NCBI GenBank assembly: GCA_036172245.1
Contig: JAYWIR010000007.1
Span: 5,084,001 to 5,148,000, forward strand
Direction of reading: 5' to 3'
Source: Raillietiella orientalis
Lineage: Eukaryota
Length of the DNA: 64,000 nt
The position numbers and the translations under genes were made by a program. The notes beneath the pieces are model-generated. The model was not told the DNA's origin. It ran no database searches and saw only the letters and a list, made by a program, of their open reading frames with translations. Each line of letters opens with the position of its first letter. Position 1 is the stretch's first letter. Shown here piece by piece: positions 36,701 to 49,987 of the stretch.

Positions 36701-37487
36701 TCCCACGAGTCTGAAAACTCGCAACGATCTCTACCTGCCGCCTCCCCTTCAGCTTGGACCCCACAGCAGCCACGCCCGTCCGTGCCTTCTTCCGGCCACG
36801 TCCCTCATGCACACCCCGGCACGAGCGATTGGTGGCGCCGGGAACAAAAGAGCGGGAAGCTATCGGGAAATCCGGCGAATTGCCGAGCCAGGTGTCAGGA
36901 ATGCTGACGGGAACAACAACGTTCGAATCCGCTTCGAGGGTTGGGTACGCCGCTGCAGCCTGAGAGGGGTGCGTCTCGAGAAGATGCCCATGGCAGCTCC
37001 GGAAACCCTGCCTGGGAGCCTCTGGATCTCCCTCCGAGAGAGAGAGAGAGGAGGAAAGAGAAACTCGTTGCGGTCTCGTCCCATTCAACCGACCGACTCG
37101 GCTCCCTGCGACGCCTGCCTTTTCTCAGGAAATAACAGAAACGGAGGAACAGTCGAACATTCTGCCCCTCCCCACTTCCTTTCGCTTCCTGCGAGCTTCC
37201 CTTGACAAGTGACGCCGTAGGTCCGCAAACGCACGTGCCCCTCGCCAGCATCCCTTTCCAGAGATCCCATCCTCGCGGGCGGCAAGCTGGTCAACGTGCG
37301 CGTCATGCTCGGGAGTTGCCCGAATGGTGGGGTGCGTGGTGGTGACCTCGATCACACGAAACGAATCCCCCCCTTCGTGGCCAGCCCGCGAGGAGTAACG
37401 CGTGGGAGGAGCTGGAGGAAGAACGACCGCTGCGTGATGGGCAACCATGGCAGCGATGCGGAAATGACAGCACCTCTGCCGTGGTCT

Positions 37488-40400
37488 CTAATCGAAGCGA
37501 TTGCCTCCTGCTGGCAGAGCGGAGTGGCACGTAGAAGGAAATCGAGAGGGCGCTTGCGTCTCAGCAGCTTCCCTGTAGCCTGCTCCCCCCCCCTCCCGCT
37601 CTTCGTCATCAAAGAAACCGAGTCGACTTACCTGTGTGCAAGAAGAGGTGGTTCTTCAGGTTGGTGTGCTTACTGAAGCCTCTTCCACAGATGTGGCACT
37701 TGTATGGCCAGCTCCCGTTGTGGACGTACATGTGAGACTTGAGGTCTCCTGGGGTGGGGAAAGACTTGCTGCACAGATGGCACTTATGAGGCTTGTCCTG
37801 GAAACAGCACCCGGAGTGAGTTCGAAGGCAATGGAAAAGCATCGGAATTCCCGTCTCGGCTTCACCGCTGGGATCACCCCTTTGTGCTACTGGGAAATCA
37901 CGCCTACGGGTCGAAGAATGCGAAACAAGGCCGAATTGCCTGCGAAGGAAGACAAAGAGGAGCGAGCTCTTGCATGAAACGTCATGTCAATCTCCAAGGC
38001 ACCGTAGTGAAAAAAAAAAAAAAAACATCCCTTTTTTCTATTTTTTTTTTTTTCTGTTGGATGAGTGCAGCTGAAGCTCTTTTCCAAGCCAGCGTGATCT
38101 CTTCCCAAGTCTGGCTCCTATTGATTGCGGGGAAGCTTTCCGCAAGTTATCTATCGTTACGAGAGCCCAGTGCCGAAAGACATGGGCTACTTAAGCGCTT
38201 CCCTGCAGTGGGCTCCTTCCTCCTCTTTCCGTTTTATCTCGGCTCGAAGCGTGGTGAAACGTACGCGGTGATGGAACTGCTTCTTCGGGTGCGAGGGAAA
38301 AATCGGTCGTAACTGGATTAATGGATTTATTACGGAGGATTCAGAAATCCCAGGCTTGAGCCGGATTTGAGAACGTGCGCATAAGTTGTTGCGCGCGTGA
38401 GGACGGAACGGTTCTGCGGTGAGCTTCAAGCAGAAACTCCTCGTGGAAAGGTGGGGGGGGGAGGGGAGGGGGGCATAAAACTCTGATTTATCCAACCTGA
38501 TCCGTGCGTCTTGCTTTTTTTTGCAAACGACAAGGAGCGAAGCTGCCGTTGTAGCGGGAGCAAACGAAACAACACTTACGAGAAAAAAAGCCCGTTGGCC
38601 ACTTGAGGATTCATGAAGTTGGATGTAGTCTGCGTCTCCACAGATGAATCATTTTTTCTCATTTAAATAATGTTGGGTGCACTCTGAATAAATTCCAAAA
38701 GGGAGCCACCTCCATGCATGGATGTGCATTTTGCAACAATGAGCAGAAATAAACTGAGCAGGCGCGGGTTGCAGTGTTACCACCATTCCGAATCGCCTCT
38801 TTTGGAGGAATTTAGTACACAATGCGAATAAGTCTGAAGCTTTGGAGGGAAGAAAAAAAAAGTCGTTTTTCGAGAAACAATTGAAAAAATTACTCTTCAT
38901 CTTGTCTTGCAGTTTTTCCAGATGAACGTGAAATCAGGGATACAGCCTGAGGAGGCAACCCGATGTTCTTAGAGAGAGATGATCTGTTTCCTGTGAACAT
39001 TCAGAACTTTCATTGATGCAGGTGCAGAAATTCACGTTTGAACATTTTTTCGTAAAGGATTCTCCTTGATAGCGCCCTGTTTGTTCTCAGATCATGACTA
39101 CGTTACTAATTGAAATCGAATGAAACAAGGAATTTGGGTTTCTTCACTCGCTGACATATTCGCACACGGGAAAAGATAAGAGGAGAACTCACTGGGTCTT
39201 TTATGCAAGTGTCATTAATTTTCAAGGAATCCAATTCCATGAGAGATCAACCTGTTCAACAATTATGGTTAATCAAAGGCCTATTTATTCTGAATGCGGC
39301 GCTTTCACACGGTTAGCCCTCTAGAATGCAGAAAAGCAATTATTCTGTTGCTGACACAACTGTGAGTTTCCATGCTACGATATCTTTTCACCACGAAGAT
39401 TACAAGGACACACGGCTATCAAGCTGGCACATCCGCACGTAACGTTTCATCGGGTCCAGCTCGCAGGTCCGAAGTCTGGGGAAAGATTTCGGAAAGCCTT
39501 CATCCGAGAAGCTTCGGATCTTCAGGGAATCACGGAGGAGGGACTTTTTTTCACCCCCTTTTTTTCCTTCTGCTTCTTCTTTTGTATAAGTCCTCACTGT
39601 TCTGCCGCCTCCGTCTCACTCGCGAACACGTGACCGTGGGGAAATTTGGTTTCTGCGGCACCGGAAAACCACGCGCCGTGTCTTTATCTCTTCACTGAGG
39701 CCACGTGGAGGAAGCGGCGGAGGGACCCAGGAGGACACGCCGCACCGGCAGGCATCATGAGGACTGGACGGTCTCTGCCGAGGAAAGGGGTCAGGGCTGG
39801 AGGAAAGGAAGGAGGCGGGCGAAAGGATGCGGTCTGTCGAAAGAGGGGAATCCATCAGGATGCGGCGCCTCTGCACCTGTTCGCGGACGGGAGTTGGAGG
39901 CAGGGAGGGAACCGGAAGAGGTTCGCCCGATCGGTGCTCCGGGAGACCCGTCCTGCCGCCGGGGACCCCATCGTTGCCCCGCTTCTATCTGTCGCGCGAC
40001 AGAACTCCGAAAGGAGGAAAGAGGGCTGGACCCCTGCATTTCCCATTTTCTGGGACGTGCGGTAAGGGACTTAGCAGGAGGCCGCCGCGCACTCGAGCAA
40101 AGGGCTCCTGCCCCGGGTCGGGAGCCCTGTCCCTCCTCGCGAAAGCAGGTGCGTCCCTTGCCCGTGCCCCGAGGGGGGGGAATGGGGCGGGTTGAGGGTC
40201 GCGAACTCTCCTCCGGCGGCCGACCCCTCCGTTCTCCTTCGAGAACTGTGAGCCGCCCTTCCTCCCTCCGGCCGAGGGAAAGGTCGCGGCGGACAAAGGG
40301 AAGAGGAAGAGAGGGGCGGGGAGGAAGCGACCACGGGACTTATCCCTTCCGCGAGGAAGAGGTCATGTTGTTCTCGGGCGAAATGAGCCCTAGGGCAACG

Positions 40401-43400
40401 TGGACAGGAGTCCGCGTCGGTCTCCAGTGAAACCCTGTGACGGCGGGGTTTCGAGGGGAGGTAACGGCACGGTAGAGGGCAGGGAGAGGACGGGGCAGGC
40501 TGTGGTCGAAGACCGGAAGGAGAAGACGAAGGGGAGGTTTAAGGGAGTGGGATGGGGGGGGAAGAAAAGAAGTGCTACCCCGGCGCCGAGGGAGGAATGG
40601 AGCGGGGGTCATCGGAAAAAGGAGGAAGCGGGCCGGAAGTGCCTTGGACGGCGATCGCGCTGCGGTGGCCCCTCACCTTGACGTGGGTCATCCGGTGGTA
40701 GTAGAGGTTGGAGGAGGCCGTGAAGCGCTTCCCGCAGACCCCGCACTGGTGGGGCTTCTCCCCGGAGTGGATCCTGCGGTGCGTGTTGAGGGAGCTGGAC
40801 GTGCTGAAGCCCTTCCCGCAGACCTCGCAGACGTGGGGTTTCTCCCCTGGGAAGGGCGCGTCGTCGCGCGTGGCCCGGGTGAACGCCCGCCCCGCTGCTG
40901 GCCTACCTGTGTGTGTGCGCATGTGCCTCTTAAGCAGCGAGGGCCGGTCAAAGGCCTTCTGGCACACGTCGCAGGGCAGCAGGTGCTTCTCCTTGAACCG
41001 GTGGGCGTGCACGCGGGAGCTCAGGGCGTCCAGGTCGCTGCTCAGGGACTCCCCCGACGAGGACTTGAGCTCGTCGCTGCTGTCGCTCGACGGAGACGGC
41101 GGGCAGTACTTCCGATACAGCAGGGACTTGGAGAGGTCCAGGGGAGTCGCTGCAATGACGGGAAGGGAGCCGGTCACAGAGCCCTCCCTCCTCTCGGGGC
41201 CTTCCTTTCTCTCTCTGTCTCCCCCCGGAAGGGGAGGGAAGTTTTTTTTTTTTTCCCCCTTGTCCCCTTTCCTCCTCCTCCTCCTCCTCTCCTTCGGCCT
41301 CCGGGTGCGGGGCGGCGGTGCCGCTCCTCCGGCCTCGTCCGCACTCCCGCCCGCGAAGCGCCCCTGCAGGAAGCGGACGAGGGGAGGGGAGAAGGAAGAG
41401 GAGGGACGACTTCCTCAGGTCAGGCTTCTGGGCCGAGCTTCCGGGTCGGCAAGAACCGGGATGCCCTCCGGGAAAGGGGGCGATGGGAGGTGGCGACACT
41501 CACTTTCTATGAGGGTGCCCATGGTCTTCTTGTAGAGGGAGCGCCGGAGGAAGTACATGGCCGGCAGGAAGAACTCCTCGTCGAACCTTTCCGGGAGGAA
41601 GAGTGCGACGACCTCTGTCTCGGCGGGGATTACCCGGATAACCTCGAAGACGGGCTCTCCTAAAACGGGAGTCGCAGGAGACGTGCGGTGCACCGCCCTA
41701 CCCCTGCCTCCCTCCCCATGGAAACCTCAGAGGGTACTCACCGTTGACTTTGGAGGCTACCACGTTGACCTCGCTTGTGAAGCGAGACGAATACCGCAGG
41801 AAGCGGATCCAGTTGCAGTAGTGCACCTTCTCGCCGTTGCCTTGGGTAACCATCTCCTCGTACATCCCGTACCGGTACCGGATCTGGGGAGGAACGGTCG
41901 TTCAGGGCTCCGAGTCGCATGCACCCGTCCTCCGCCCATCATCCCTGCACGCTCGGGAGGTTCCTCCCAGCGCCTCCCTTCCCCCTCGACCCTCTGCCAA
42001 TGCACAACCGACCCCTTGGAGGAGGAAAGATGGGAAGGAGGCCGAGCTCCTGTCTCCCTAGTTCTTCCCTCCGCCTGCTCCGAAGGATCTACCTAGCAGA
42101 CCCTTCGGGGTTGAGGCAGTAGGCTCCAGTGACCCCGCAGGCATTGCTCGGCAACGGCGGCCCCTCCGGCGCCATGTCCTTCGCCGGCATCTCTCGCGTA
42201 GCAGCCAAGAGGCTGGCTAGGGGCGTAAAAGCCAAAAAAAAAAAAAAAGGTCACGATTTCCATGCCTGTCTGCCGACCAGCAGCAGCCCGTCGGGTCACC
42301 CCCGTTCCCTTGGAGGCGTGCAGGGGGGCAGTCCGCCTTTTTGACGCATCAACCCTCACGTCTTTGTGAGGGAGTGAGGGGGAGGGATCCCCCAAAACTC
42401 ACGGGTTTCCTGTCTGTCCGCCCACCCCTCCCTACTCGGAGAAGAGCCTCCCCCCTTACAAGAGTCCCTGGGGCAGAATTCTGCTGTCGTGCTGTCGCAG
42501 TCGAAGAGCAGTGGCGTCTTCGTAGGTCGGCGAAAATGAAACCCAGAGGAGCAAGGATCGCTGCCTTCGCTTCTCTCCCACCCCCCCCTTCCGTTCTGTT
42601 CTCAGAGGAGACCTCTTCCCGGAGACCCCCTCTGGGCGCGGGCGGAGACGCTCGTGAACAGCCCGAGGTGACCTGAGGTTTGGGTTCCTGCCTGGGTTCC
42701 TCTCGCCCGCCCGCCCACTCCATCAATCACCAGGGGGCGAGGCGCCGGTGGCCCTCTCGCCACGGCCCTCCGAGAGAAGGCGGACGGCCGAGGCGTGAAG
42801 AGGGAAGCGACGAGGAGCTGCGGCGGCGCCGCCTCCTTGCCGCGTCAAGGACCACGGTCCTTGACGGTCCGGTAAAGACGTGCCTTCCTCCTCCTACTCC
42901 CGAGCTCTTCCCGCTGCAAGCTCTCCTCCTCCCCGTTCTCCTCGTCCGCTCCCGCTGCCGTCCTCTCGGCCGGGAGGAATGGTCTGAAGAGCGGGGAGGA
43001 AGGCCTTGGTCCGTTTCCCCGCGACGCGCGCAGGGGCCGATGACGGGATCGACCCGCGGCCACCGCCAGGACGCAGCCTTCTCTGATCTTCCCGAACAGG
43101 AAAGGGAGAGAGGGAGTCGGTTGTGGGCCACGAGGCCATCGGGAAGCTCGCTGCCTCACCCGAAGGTGCTCATCCCGGTGCCCGGATGCGGCGGTTTCGG
43201 ATGGGCGAACTGCTCCAGAGCCTTCCAGGGAAGGCGTCTCCCCCGCCTGGACGGAACCTCCGAGTCAGGCGGAGGAGGGCCGGCTCCCCCTTCCGTCCCG
43301 TCAGCTGGTTCGCATTCTGGGATCGTCCAGAGAGAACCGCCATTGGCCGGTTCGGATCTTCCGAGCTGACCACTGCGAGAACCAAGGAAGGCTTCCCCGC

Positions 43401-46400
43401 CGGCGCTGTCAAGGCAACGACGGTTGGCTAATTAAAGTCAGAGCGGCGGCATTTGTTCTGTCGGGAAGCGCCAACTGATCAGGTGAAAACGGCTATCTTA
43501 GCTTCGTTATCCCAACATACGAAGGATGTGATGCGAAGCGTAATCGTCTTAACGGTTTCAAGACATGCCCAGACGCTTAGCATATGTCAACTCCAAAGAA
43601 CGCTGAAGAACACTTAAAGAAAAGGCTTTGTTCTCTGGAAAGCTAACAGGCTTGAGAACTCTTCCCCTTGGCACCCAACGTGAATAATTATTAAGTCTAC
43701 TTTGCTCAAATAGTTTGATAATTGCTCGAAAGGAATTAAACTTCTTCAACAGATGGGAAAGGCAAATGTCTTGAGATATATGCAAGAACATACGGTTAGC
43801 AGTGCATGCAAACGATCATTTAGAAAGTGAGAGGGAGAGAGAGAGGAAAAAAAGGAATGTCACGCAACCAGACAAATCCGCAGCGTCGAAATACAGTTTT
43901 GGATTTTCTAACGATTTTTGGTATTCTTACCTCCTGAGGTTAACGGTAGAAAATGGAAATATGGAAAACTTCCCTTTTGTTGCTGGAAATCATATAATTT
44001 CAAAATCGCGACGTGCGTACCGGGAAAGGAAAGGAAAGGAAAGAAAGAAAAGAAAAAAAAGAGCGATACCTCATCTGTAACCGCAACAGATACAAAGTTA
44101 CGGAACACACCAAAAATGAAGAGCATATTTAAATATTTTCGGTGTATTTCAACCTTTATTTGATGCTGCGTCGTATATTTGCATCATTTCGAAGGGCTCT
44201 GAATTTACGATCGCGGAGCGGCTGCAAACACAAAAAGAGTTGAGGACTCGCCATTGTTGAGCCTCTGCGCCAGATATAAATAGCAACCTAATAACATTCT
44301 AACTCTATTGTTCACGAATCAACCAATCAGGCACGTCTGCGTAGACGACGACGAGTTGGACGTTGAGTCCCCCCCCCCCTCCCCTTCCCGAGCGCCCGCC
44401 AAGAATGCATTTTTCGCTTTTCCTCCTCCGCGAAGACGCACCGGCGCGTCCCTGCTCCCATCCCACGAAGAAGCCCGTGCATCTGAAGAGGCAGGATGAT
44501 GCAGACACAGGTCGAGGAAGCCGGAGATCTGCGCGCTCGTGCAGAAACTGCACAGGGCGCGAAGGCTCCCACAATCTGCCCTCCGCCTTCGCCTCCAGTA
44601 GATGGGGCTCCTGCCTTCGCGTCTGGACCACCGGCTTTTGTGTGCCGCTGCAGATTCGGAATCAATAGGTGGATTTACCGGCAGGCAACGCACGCAGCAC
44701 ACAAAGAAATCGATCTCGTAAGTTGGGAGACTTTCCCACGGACCCGAACCCCTAAACCACCAGCTCGCAGCCCACCGATAAAACGACTGCCTCAGCCAAG
44801 GGGTCGCCAGCTGCACCCGAGACGTCCAGCGCCCGCGTTATCTTCATTTGGGGATCCCAAGATGCCTGCCTTCCTACCCATCCAGACCGTGGCAACACCT
44901 TTGATTCGCAATCATGTAGCAATCAGGGAGCGGATTGAATTCATTACGGCTGCCGTGTCGTGGAGTCGTAAGGAAAGATGACGTCGAAAGGTGAGTTGCC
45001 GTTCCCCGTGGGTGAGACGGACACCCTGAAATAAACATCATGCGCAGGACGTGAATAATTTTCCGGCGGAAGATTTTTCATACCAACGTATCTCGCCTGA
45101 CATACTTGACGGCATAACTAATCGATTTATTTCGTGCGAATTCCTCGGGAAAAGGTATGTGTGAGTGTTTAATCATTCCAAACAGTTCGCCGAAACTCCG
45201 AGGGACTCCTCTTGAATGATACCACAGAATCATACAACAACCGAGACGTTAAAGACATAACGAAGTTGACAGATTCTGAAATCCAATTCCGTTCGGAGCA
45301 AAAGCAAAGCTTCGCTTCCCTCCTCCTTTCTTTGCGTTTTTTTCCCTCCTTTGCTGGCCTGGCTACGTTGAGTGAATGTGAGACCCCTTAGAATATTGTA
45401 ATTGATTTGCAATGGGAATAGCATCTTAGCTTTCGAAACGCGATGATGGATTGATCTTTATGAACGATTCCTTTTTTTTTTTCCCCTCTCTCTCTCTCTC
45501 TCTCTCTCTCTTTTGGGAACGAACTGATTTCGCCGAAATAGCAAGAATGGCAGTCTATTAAAAGAAATGACGAAGCCCGGAGGAACGAAGGAATTTCGCT
45601 GCCCAATGGACCTGCTCGTTCCCTCTGGTCCGCAGCCATTTGTTCCCATGTGAGAGAAGTCGTGGTTGTTGCGTAATGGCTCGACTTTTGCTTCCGGGTG
45701 TTTTTAGATCTAAAAATTCTTTTCCTCAGCTGGAAGGAGCTGTGGCAAGCCTGCAATGAAATCTCGACTGCAGCCTGAAACCTCTTTCCCAGATTTGCCC
45801 TGAGCTCTGGATTCCATTCAGCAGTCCCTTTTCTCCCGGAGTCGACCGTCACAGATAACCACATGACATGCCAGCATTTTTATGTGGGGAGCCTCCTCCT
45901 CCTTTTTTAGAAGAAGAAAAAAAAAAAAAAAAAACGGAGCCCACATGGAATTCGATTAAACCAAAGTAGCGAGCAGCTTAGTGGTAAATCTGTCTACGTA
46001 ATTAACGTCTGGGAAAGATGATAATGCGACTACTCGGACCACCCCGCTTCCGAGCTCCGAGATCACCAGAAGCTTGCAAACATGAACCAGAGGAAGCTCT
46101 GAACCTTTTTCGTGAGAGCGAACTCGGGACGTTCGGCACATGCGTCCCACTGGGCACGGAAGCGATCGGCAGATTTGGTCCTCCCTTCTGCGAAGCCCCA
46201 CTCTCAAAAGATCCGTCTCCGATCTCGTCAGAGGTGCTTCTTTCTGCTCCGGAAGGTGCTCTGAAACCACGGACGGACGCCCTGCCGGGGATGGCAGCCT
46301 GGAGTGAGCGGCGGAAGATTCCGCGGCGGTCGCTAGGCGACCGCCCTTTCCTAGCTGCGCGCTCTTCCCACGGACACTCGAACAGGTGGGTCTCCACCTG

Positions 46401-49400
46401 TCCGGACTTGCCGCACCTCGCTCCGGAGGGAATGAACACGGCAGGGCGCACCAGCGGGACCGCAGGCGGTGGAAGACAAGGGAAGCGAGGGATCCAGCGG
46501 AGAAGAATGCGGCCGTACCCCGAACGCAGGAAACACTGCAACACGGTTCGCGCTGCTCGAGCTGCCGGTGCTCGCACGCGCCTGCGGGCGTCGCGCGGAC
46601 GTGCACGCACTCAGCACCCTCGCAACGGCGAGCGCGCGCGGCCAGGAGGGGGGCGACCTCCAAATGTTGTTGTTGGGTGCGCGGCAGGCTCTTCCGGAAG
46701 CGGTGGTGTGACGCTGCGACGGAGGAAGAGCCGAGCAGAGCTCTGCCCAGGCGCAGCCTCCTCCAACCCATCTCTGGAGCAGGAGCTGCTGCCGTACATC
46801 TGTGCGCCGACCCCTTCTCCACCACTCGCGCAGGAGTAGACACAGCTCGTGAGCGCCTCCGCCTGGTCGACCGACCCTCGGAAGGGGAGGGGGAGAGAGG
46901 GGGAAGGTTCTTTCCGTCCTCTTCCTGATCCTCTTGACAACGTGGAAGCGACCGACCGTCGAGGGAAAGGCGGGGAGGAGGGGGAAGGAAACGAGAACAC
47001 GGCCTTCGCCAGGGGATGCCGCCGGCGCGCGCGCGCCTTCTCGCCTCCTTGCATCCCCCGATCCCACCCCCTCCCCCTCTCCGCGCGAAGCGTGTTCCGC
47101 GCCGTTTTCTCTGAGACCAGCGCGGAGTCGCTCCGGACGAATTGACCATCGATCGAGCCCGAGTGACCCGCAGTGACAGGCAGAGGGCTGTCGATTGCTC
47201 TCGTCTTGGCCGAAACGGACGTCTTCTTCAGCCTCCGTCGACCCCATTGAGAGCTGCGCGCGCGTCATCGCGGACCGGGGCTGCACGAGTCGGACGGCGC
47301 CGTTTTTCCCCTTTTCCCCTCCCTCCCATCTCGGTGTCTTAGCGGCGGCCGCTTCTCTCTGAGCGTCCCGCCTAAGAGCCCACTCGCCCGCTCTTGCTCG
47401 ACGCGTCCCCGCGGGATGAGGGCGCGGGGAGTTTTTCTAGTCCCCGTGCCCTCCTCGTAGCTCCGAGGGCTTTTTCCAAGCCCTCAGCATAGCGCCGTCC
47501 GTAAACAAACGAGCGGGAAAGAAGGGGAGGGGGGGGAGGAAGAAGAACGCTGAGGTCACGTCAGCGGCGGCATTCCAGCGAGGGAACGGGGAAGTGACGG
47601 TGCTCTACCGGCGTTCCAGCTTGCCAGCGGCGACAGGCGAGCTGTCGGGGCGAGCGTCCCGTCTGAGAAAGTAGAGGGGTCGAGGGCATCGCCCTGCGAT
47701 ACCCCGGCCGCGGGACGGGGCGGAGACGCCGATTGGCGGAAGAGTGGTCTCTCCACAAAACCGGAAGTCGCGTGCCACCGGCGAGAAAAGAGGGGCGGCG
47801 AGGCCAGGGGAGTCGAGTCGGGGAGGCACCCTCGCCCTGTCCACCCCTTCTCGCCACCCTGTTCCTTTCTCTTTGCTCTGAGGACAGCCAAGGGGATCGC
47901 GCGGGCGGAGGGGGACTCCGGAAGCCTTGAACTCTCCCGAGCCGATCGCCGGCGCCGCCGAGGAGGGGAAGGGGGCATACCGGGTCTCCTCGGGAAGCGC
48001 GCGCCTCCGTCCCTTTCCTGGAGGCTTCGCCGATCGCAGGGAATCGGACAGGAGGGCCTGTTCGGATCGGAGGTTTCCGGGACGCCCCCTCCGACTCTCA
48101 AGGGCACCAGTGGCGAGGAAGGGAAAGGAAAGGACCTCTTTAGGGAGCCAAGGGGGAGAAGGGAGAGGGACGCCAGCAATCGGAGAGCCTCTTGTTCCCG
48201 AGGCAGGGAGAAATGGCACATCCTGACCCTCTCCCTAGGCGGATCGGCGGGTGGGCACATGGAAGCGGCTGCGACCGCGGCCGCTTCCGCTTCTCTCCCG
48301 ACACTCCTGGGGCGGCTGTCCAGTCGGCGCTCCGGGAGTCGGGACCGCGAGGGGGGATCCCCCTCTCGCAGGTTTACCTGCTTATCTCAACGGGATCCAC
48401 TCGATCCCCCCGAACGTGACCTTCCGCGGGGCCCCGATAACGCTTCCATGGGAACGGGTGGATTGCCGTCCCACCACCTGCTCCCCACTCCCAGGGTTCG
48501 AGCGGGTGCTTCCGAAGAGAGGGAGCGCCTCTCCCCCGCCCCTGGAATGCCGCCGCTCCCGGAGTCTGGGGGTGCCTCAGGGCGTCCGGGGAGGGGGAAC
48601 GGGGGGAGGAGAACCCTCTCGGGACACTCGCGATCCCCAAGGGGTCAGGAAGGAAGCCACACTCCTCAACTCCCAGAAAGAGCGAGCCAGAGGAGGGGAA
48701 GGACGCGCCAGGGTTCCCGGAACACCTCTTCCCTCCTCCCCTGCCAGGACGACTCGACGGCTACTTTATACGACGATCAATACTTTATCCCCCACCTCTC
48801 CCGAAGGTGACCGGACACCGGCCGCAAGGGTCGCAAGTTCCCCCGCAGCAGGCAGGACCGACCCTTCGTCCGGAAAAGAGGAAGCGGTTGCCCTCGGGGA
48901 ACCAAAGGACGAACCCCAAAGGGGTCGGAGGTATCCTGGAAAGGGGAGGAGGGAGCGAAGGAAAAGGAGTCTCCTTCCCCCTAGGGAGTCTTCTTCATCC
49001 CTCTGCCTCCCACGGGAGCAGGGCTGGGAGCGACCACGCCCACTCGTCGGCAGCAGCTTCCTGGGAGAGGGACGCCCGGGGAGGCGCTTCCGCGGCGCGA
49101 CGTCGGTGCGGCCCTCTGCCGTCCATCCGCGTAGAGTCCGGCCCCGGGACGAACCTGTCACGCCCATCGTCCCCCTCCGGTCCCGCGCGGGCGGTGGTCC
49201 CTCTTCTCGTCCCTCTCCAGGAAGCGTAGGGACGCACGGGAGGGGAAGGGACCCTCCCTTCCTCCCCTGGGAACCACTGACCGGGGGGTACGAGGGAGGC
49301 CCCTCCGGCTCTCACTAGGCGGCCCCCTCCCCGTGCCCCCCCGGTCCCTCGGTTCCAGCAGGAGATCCCGGGAGCGGAGGAGGAAGAGGAAGGGAAGGAC

Positions 49401-49724
49401 GCGATTTCCGAGGGACCGCTGGGGGGGGGGGGGTTCCAGAGGAAGGGACGTCCTCCTCGTGCCCCTCCTCTCACTCTGGCCCCCCTCCCCACCCCTCGCC
49501 CCAGGACTCACGTCTGTCGGGTCGGCGTAGGGCGCCGCCTCCAGCCTGTCCATGCGGACGGTTCCCTGGAAGGAGAAGATCCGGGACCCCCTCTCCACGA
49601 GGGCGTTGGCCCACACGCCCACGTCGGCAGCAGCAGCCCTCCTCTTCCTGCTGCTCTTCTTCGGGTCGCCCTGCGCGCGCACCGCCAGGGAGAACTCCGC
49701 CGGGATGAGCACATACGTTTCCAT
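37488..49724 (-). CDS. PR/SET-domain C2H2 zinc-finger transcription factor (PRDM family), ~369 aa, 5 fingers
   Basis: Seven phase-compatible GT-AG exons: 49724-49512, 41883-41742, 41659-41504, 41149-40907, 40846-40677, 37797-37632 and a tentative 37507-37488. PR motif CNWIRFL..NVV..PVFEVIRVIPAETEV, a PLDLS CtBP-type motif and TGEKP-linked fingers. Start context GCCATGG. Confidence 0.88.
37632..37797 (-). CDS. PRDM-like exon 6 (fingers 4-5)
   Basis: DKPHKCHLCSKSFPTPGDLKSHMYVHNGSWPYKCHICGRGFSKHTNLKNHLFLHT; CAG acceptor and GTAAGT donor. Confidence 0.95.
39700..40200 (+). mobile_element. Probable intronic LINE fragment
   Basis: ERGES..APLHLFAD finger remnant at ~39835-39890. Confidence 0.33.
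40677..40846 (-). CDS. PRDM-like exon 5 (fingers 2-3)
   Basis: EKPHVCEVCGKGFSTSSSLNTHRRIHSGEKPHQCGVCGKRFTASSNLYYHRMTHVK. Confidence 0.95.
40907..41149 (-). CDS. PRDM-like exon 4 (PLDLS, finger 1)
   Basis: TPLDLS..LPCDVCQKAFDRPSLLKRHMRTHT. Confidence 0.92.
41504..41659 (-). CDS. PRDM-like exon 3
   Basis: GEPVFEVIRVIPAETEVVALF..LYKKTMGTLIE; TAG acceptor and GTGAGT donor. Confidence 0.9.
41742..41883 (-). CDS. PRDM-like exon 2
   Basis: IRYRYGMYEEM..HYCNWIRFLRYS..NVVASKVN; CAG acceptor and GTGAGT donor. Confidence 0.9.
42350..43250 (+). mobile_element. Probable intronic LINE fragments
   Basis: LSVRPPLPTRRR..FCCRAVAVEE and KVLIPVPGCGGFG remnants. Confidence 0.3.
46000..46550 (-). mobile_element. 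Intronic LINE 3' fragment
   Basis: GARCGKSGQVETHLFECPW finger remnant at ~46365-46430. Confidence 0.5.
47900..49450 (+). mobile_element. Intronic LINE RT/linker remnant, antisense to the PRDM-like gene
   Basis: RGIPLS (QGCPLS-like, ~48350), SLGVP (YLGxP), RLLY and SLCLPREQG (LxLPxxxGG), in the correct order. Confidence 0.55.
49512..49724 (-). CDS. PRDM-like exon 1 (PR domain N-terminal part)
   Basis: METYVLIPAEFSL..VGVWAN..GSRIFSFQGTVRMD; donor GTGAGT at 49511; phase 0. Confidence 0.85.
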
Positions 49725-49953
49725 GGCAGCGGCCTCCTGAGACCGCGCAGTCGCCTGCGTCCAACGCGCTCTTCTGCTACCGACGGAGCGTTCGCCGAGC
49801 TCACCCGCGACCATCCGCCTCGCGCGCAACGCGACGAGGCTACTCGCCGGTCGCCGGGGCGACGAGCCGCGGCGGCGGCCGCGTGACGCAACACTCCGCG
49901 CGCGCTCGCCGCCGTCCCTCCGGCGAGAACGCACGCTCGCATCCGCCGCCAGT

Positions 49954-49987
<34 letters not shown>

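Noticed and set aside
40572..41663. 363-aa plus-strand ORF
   Set aside because: Antisense shadow of the zinc-finger exons.
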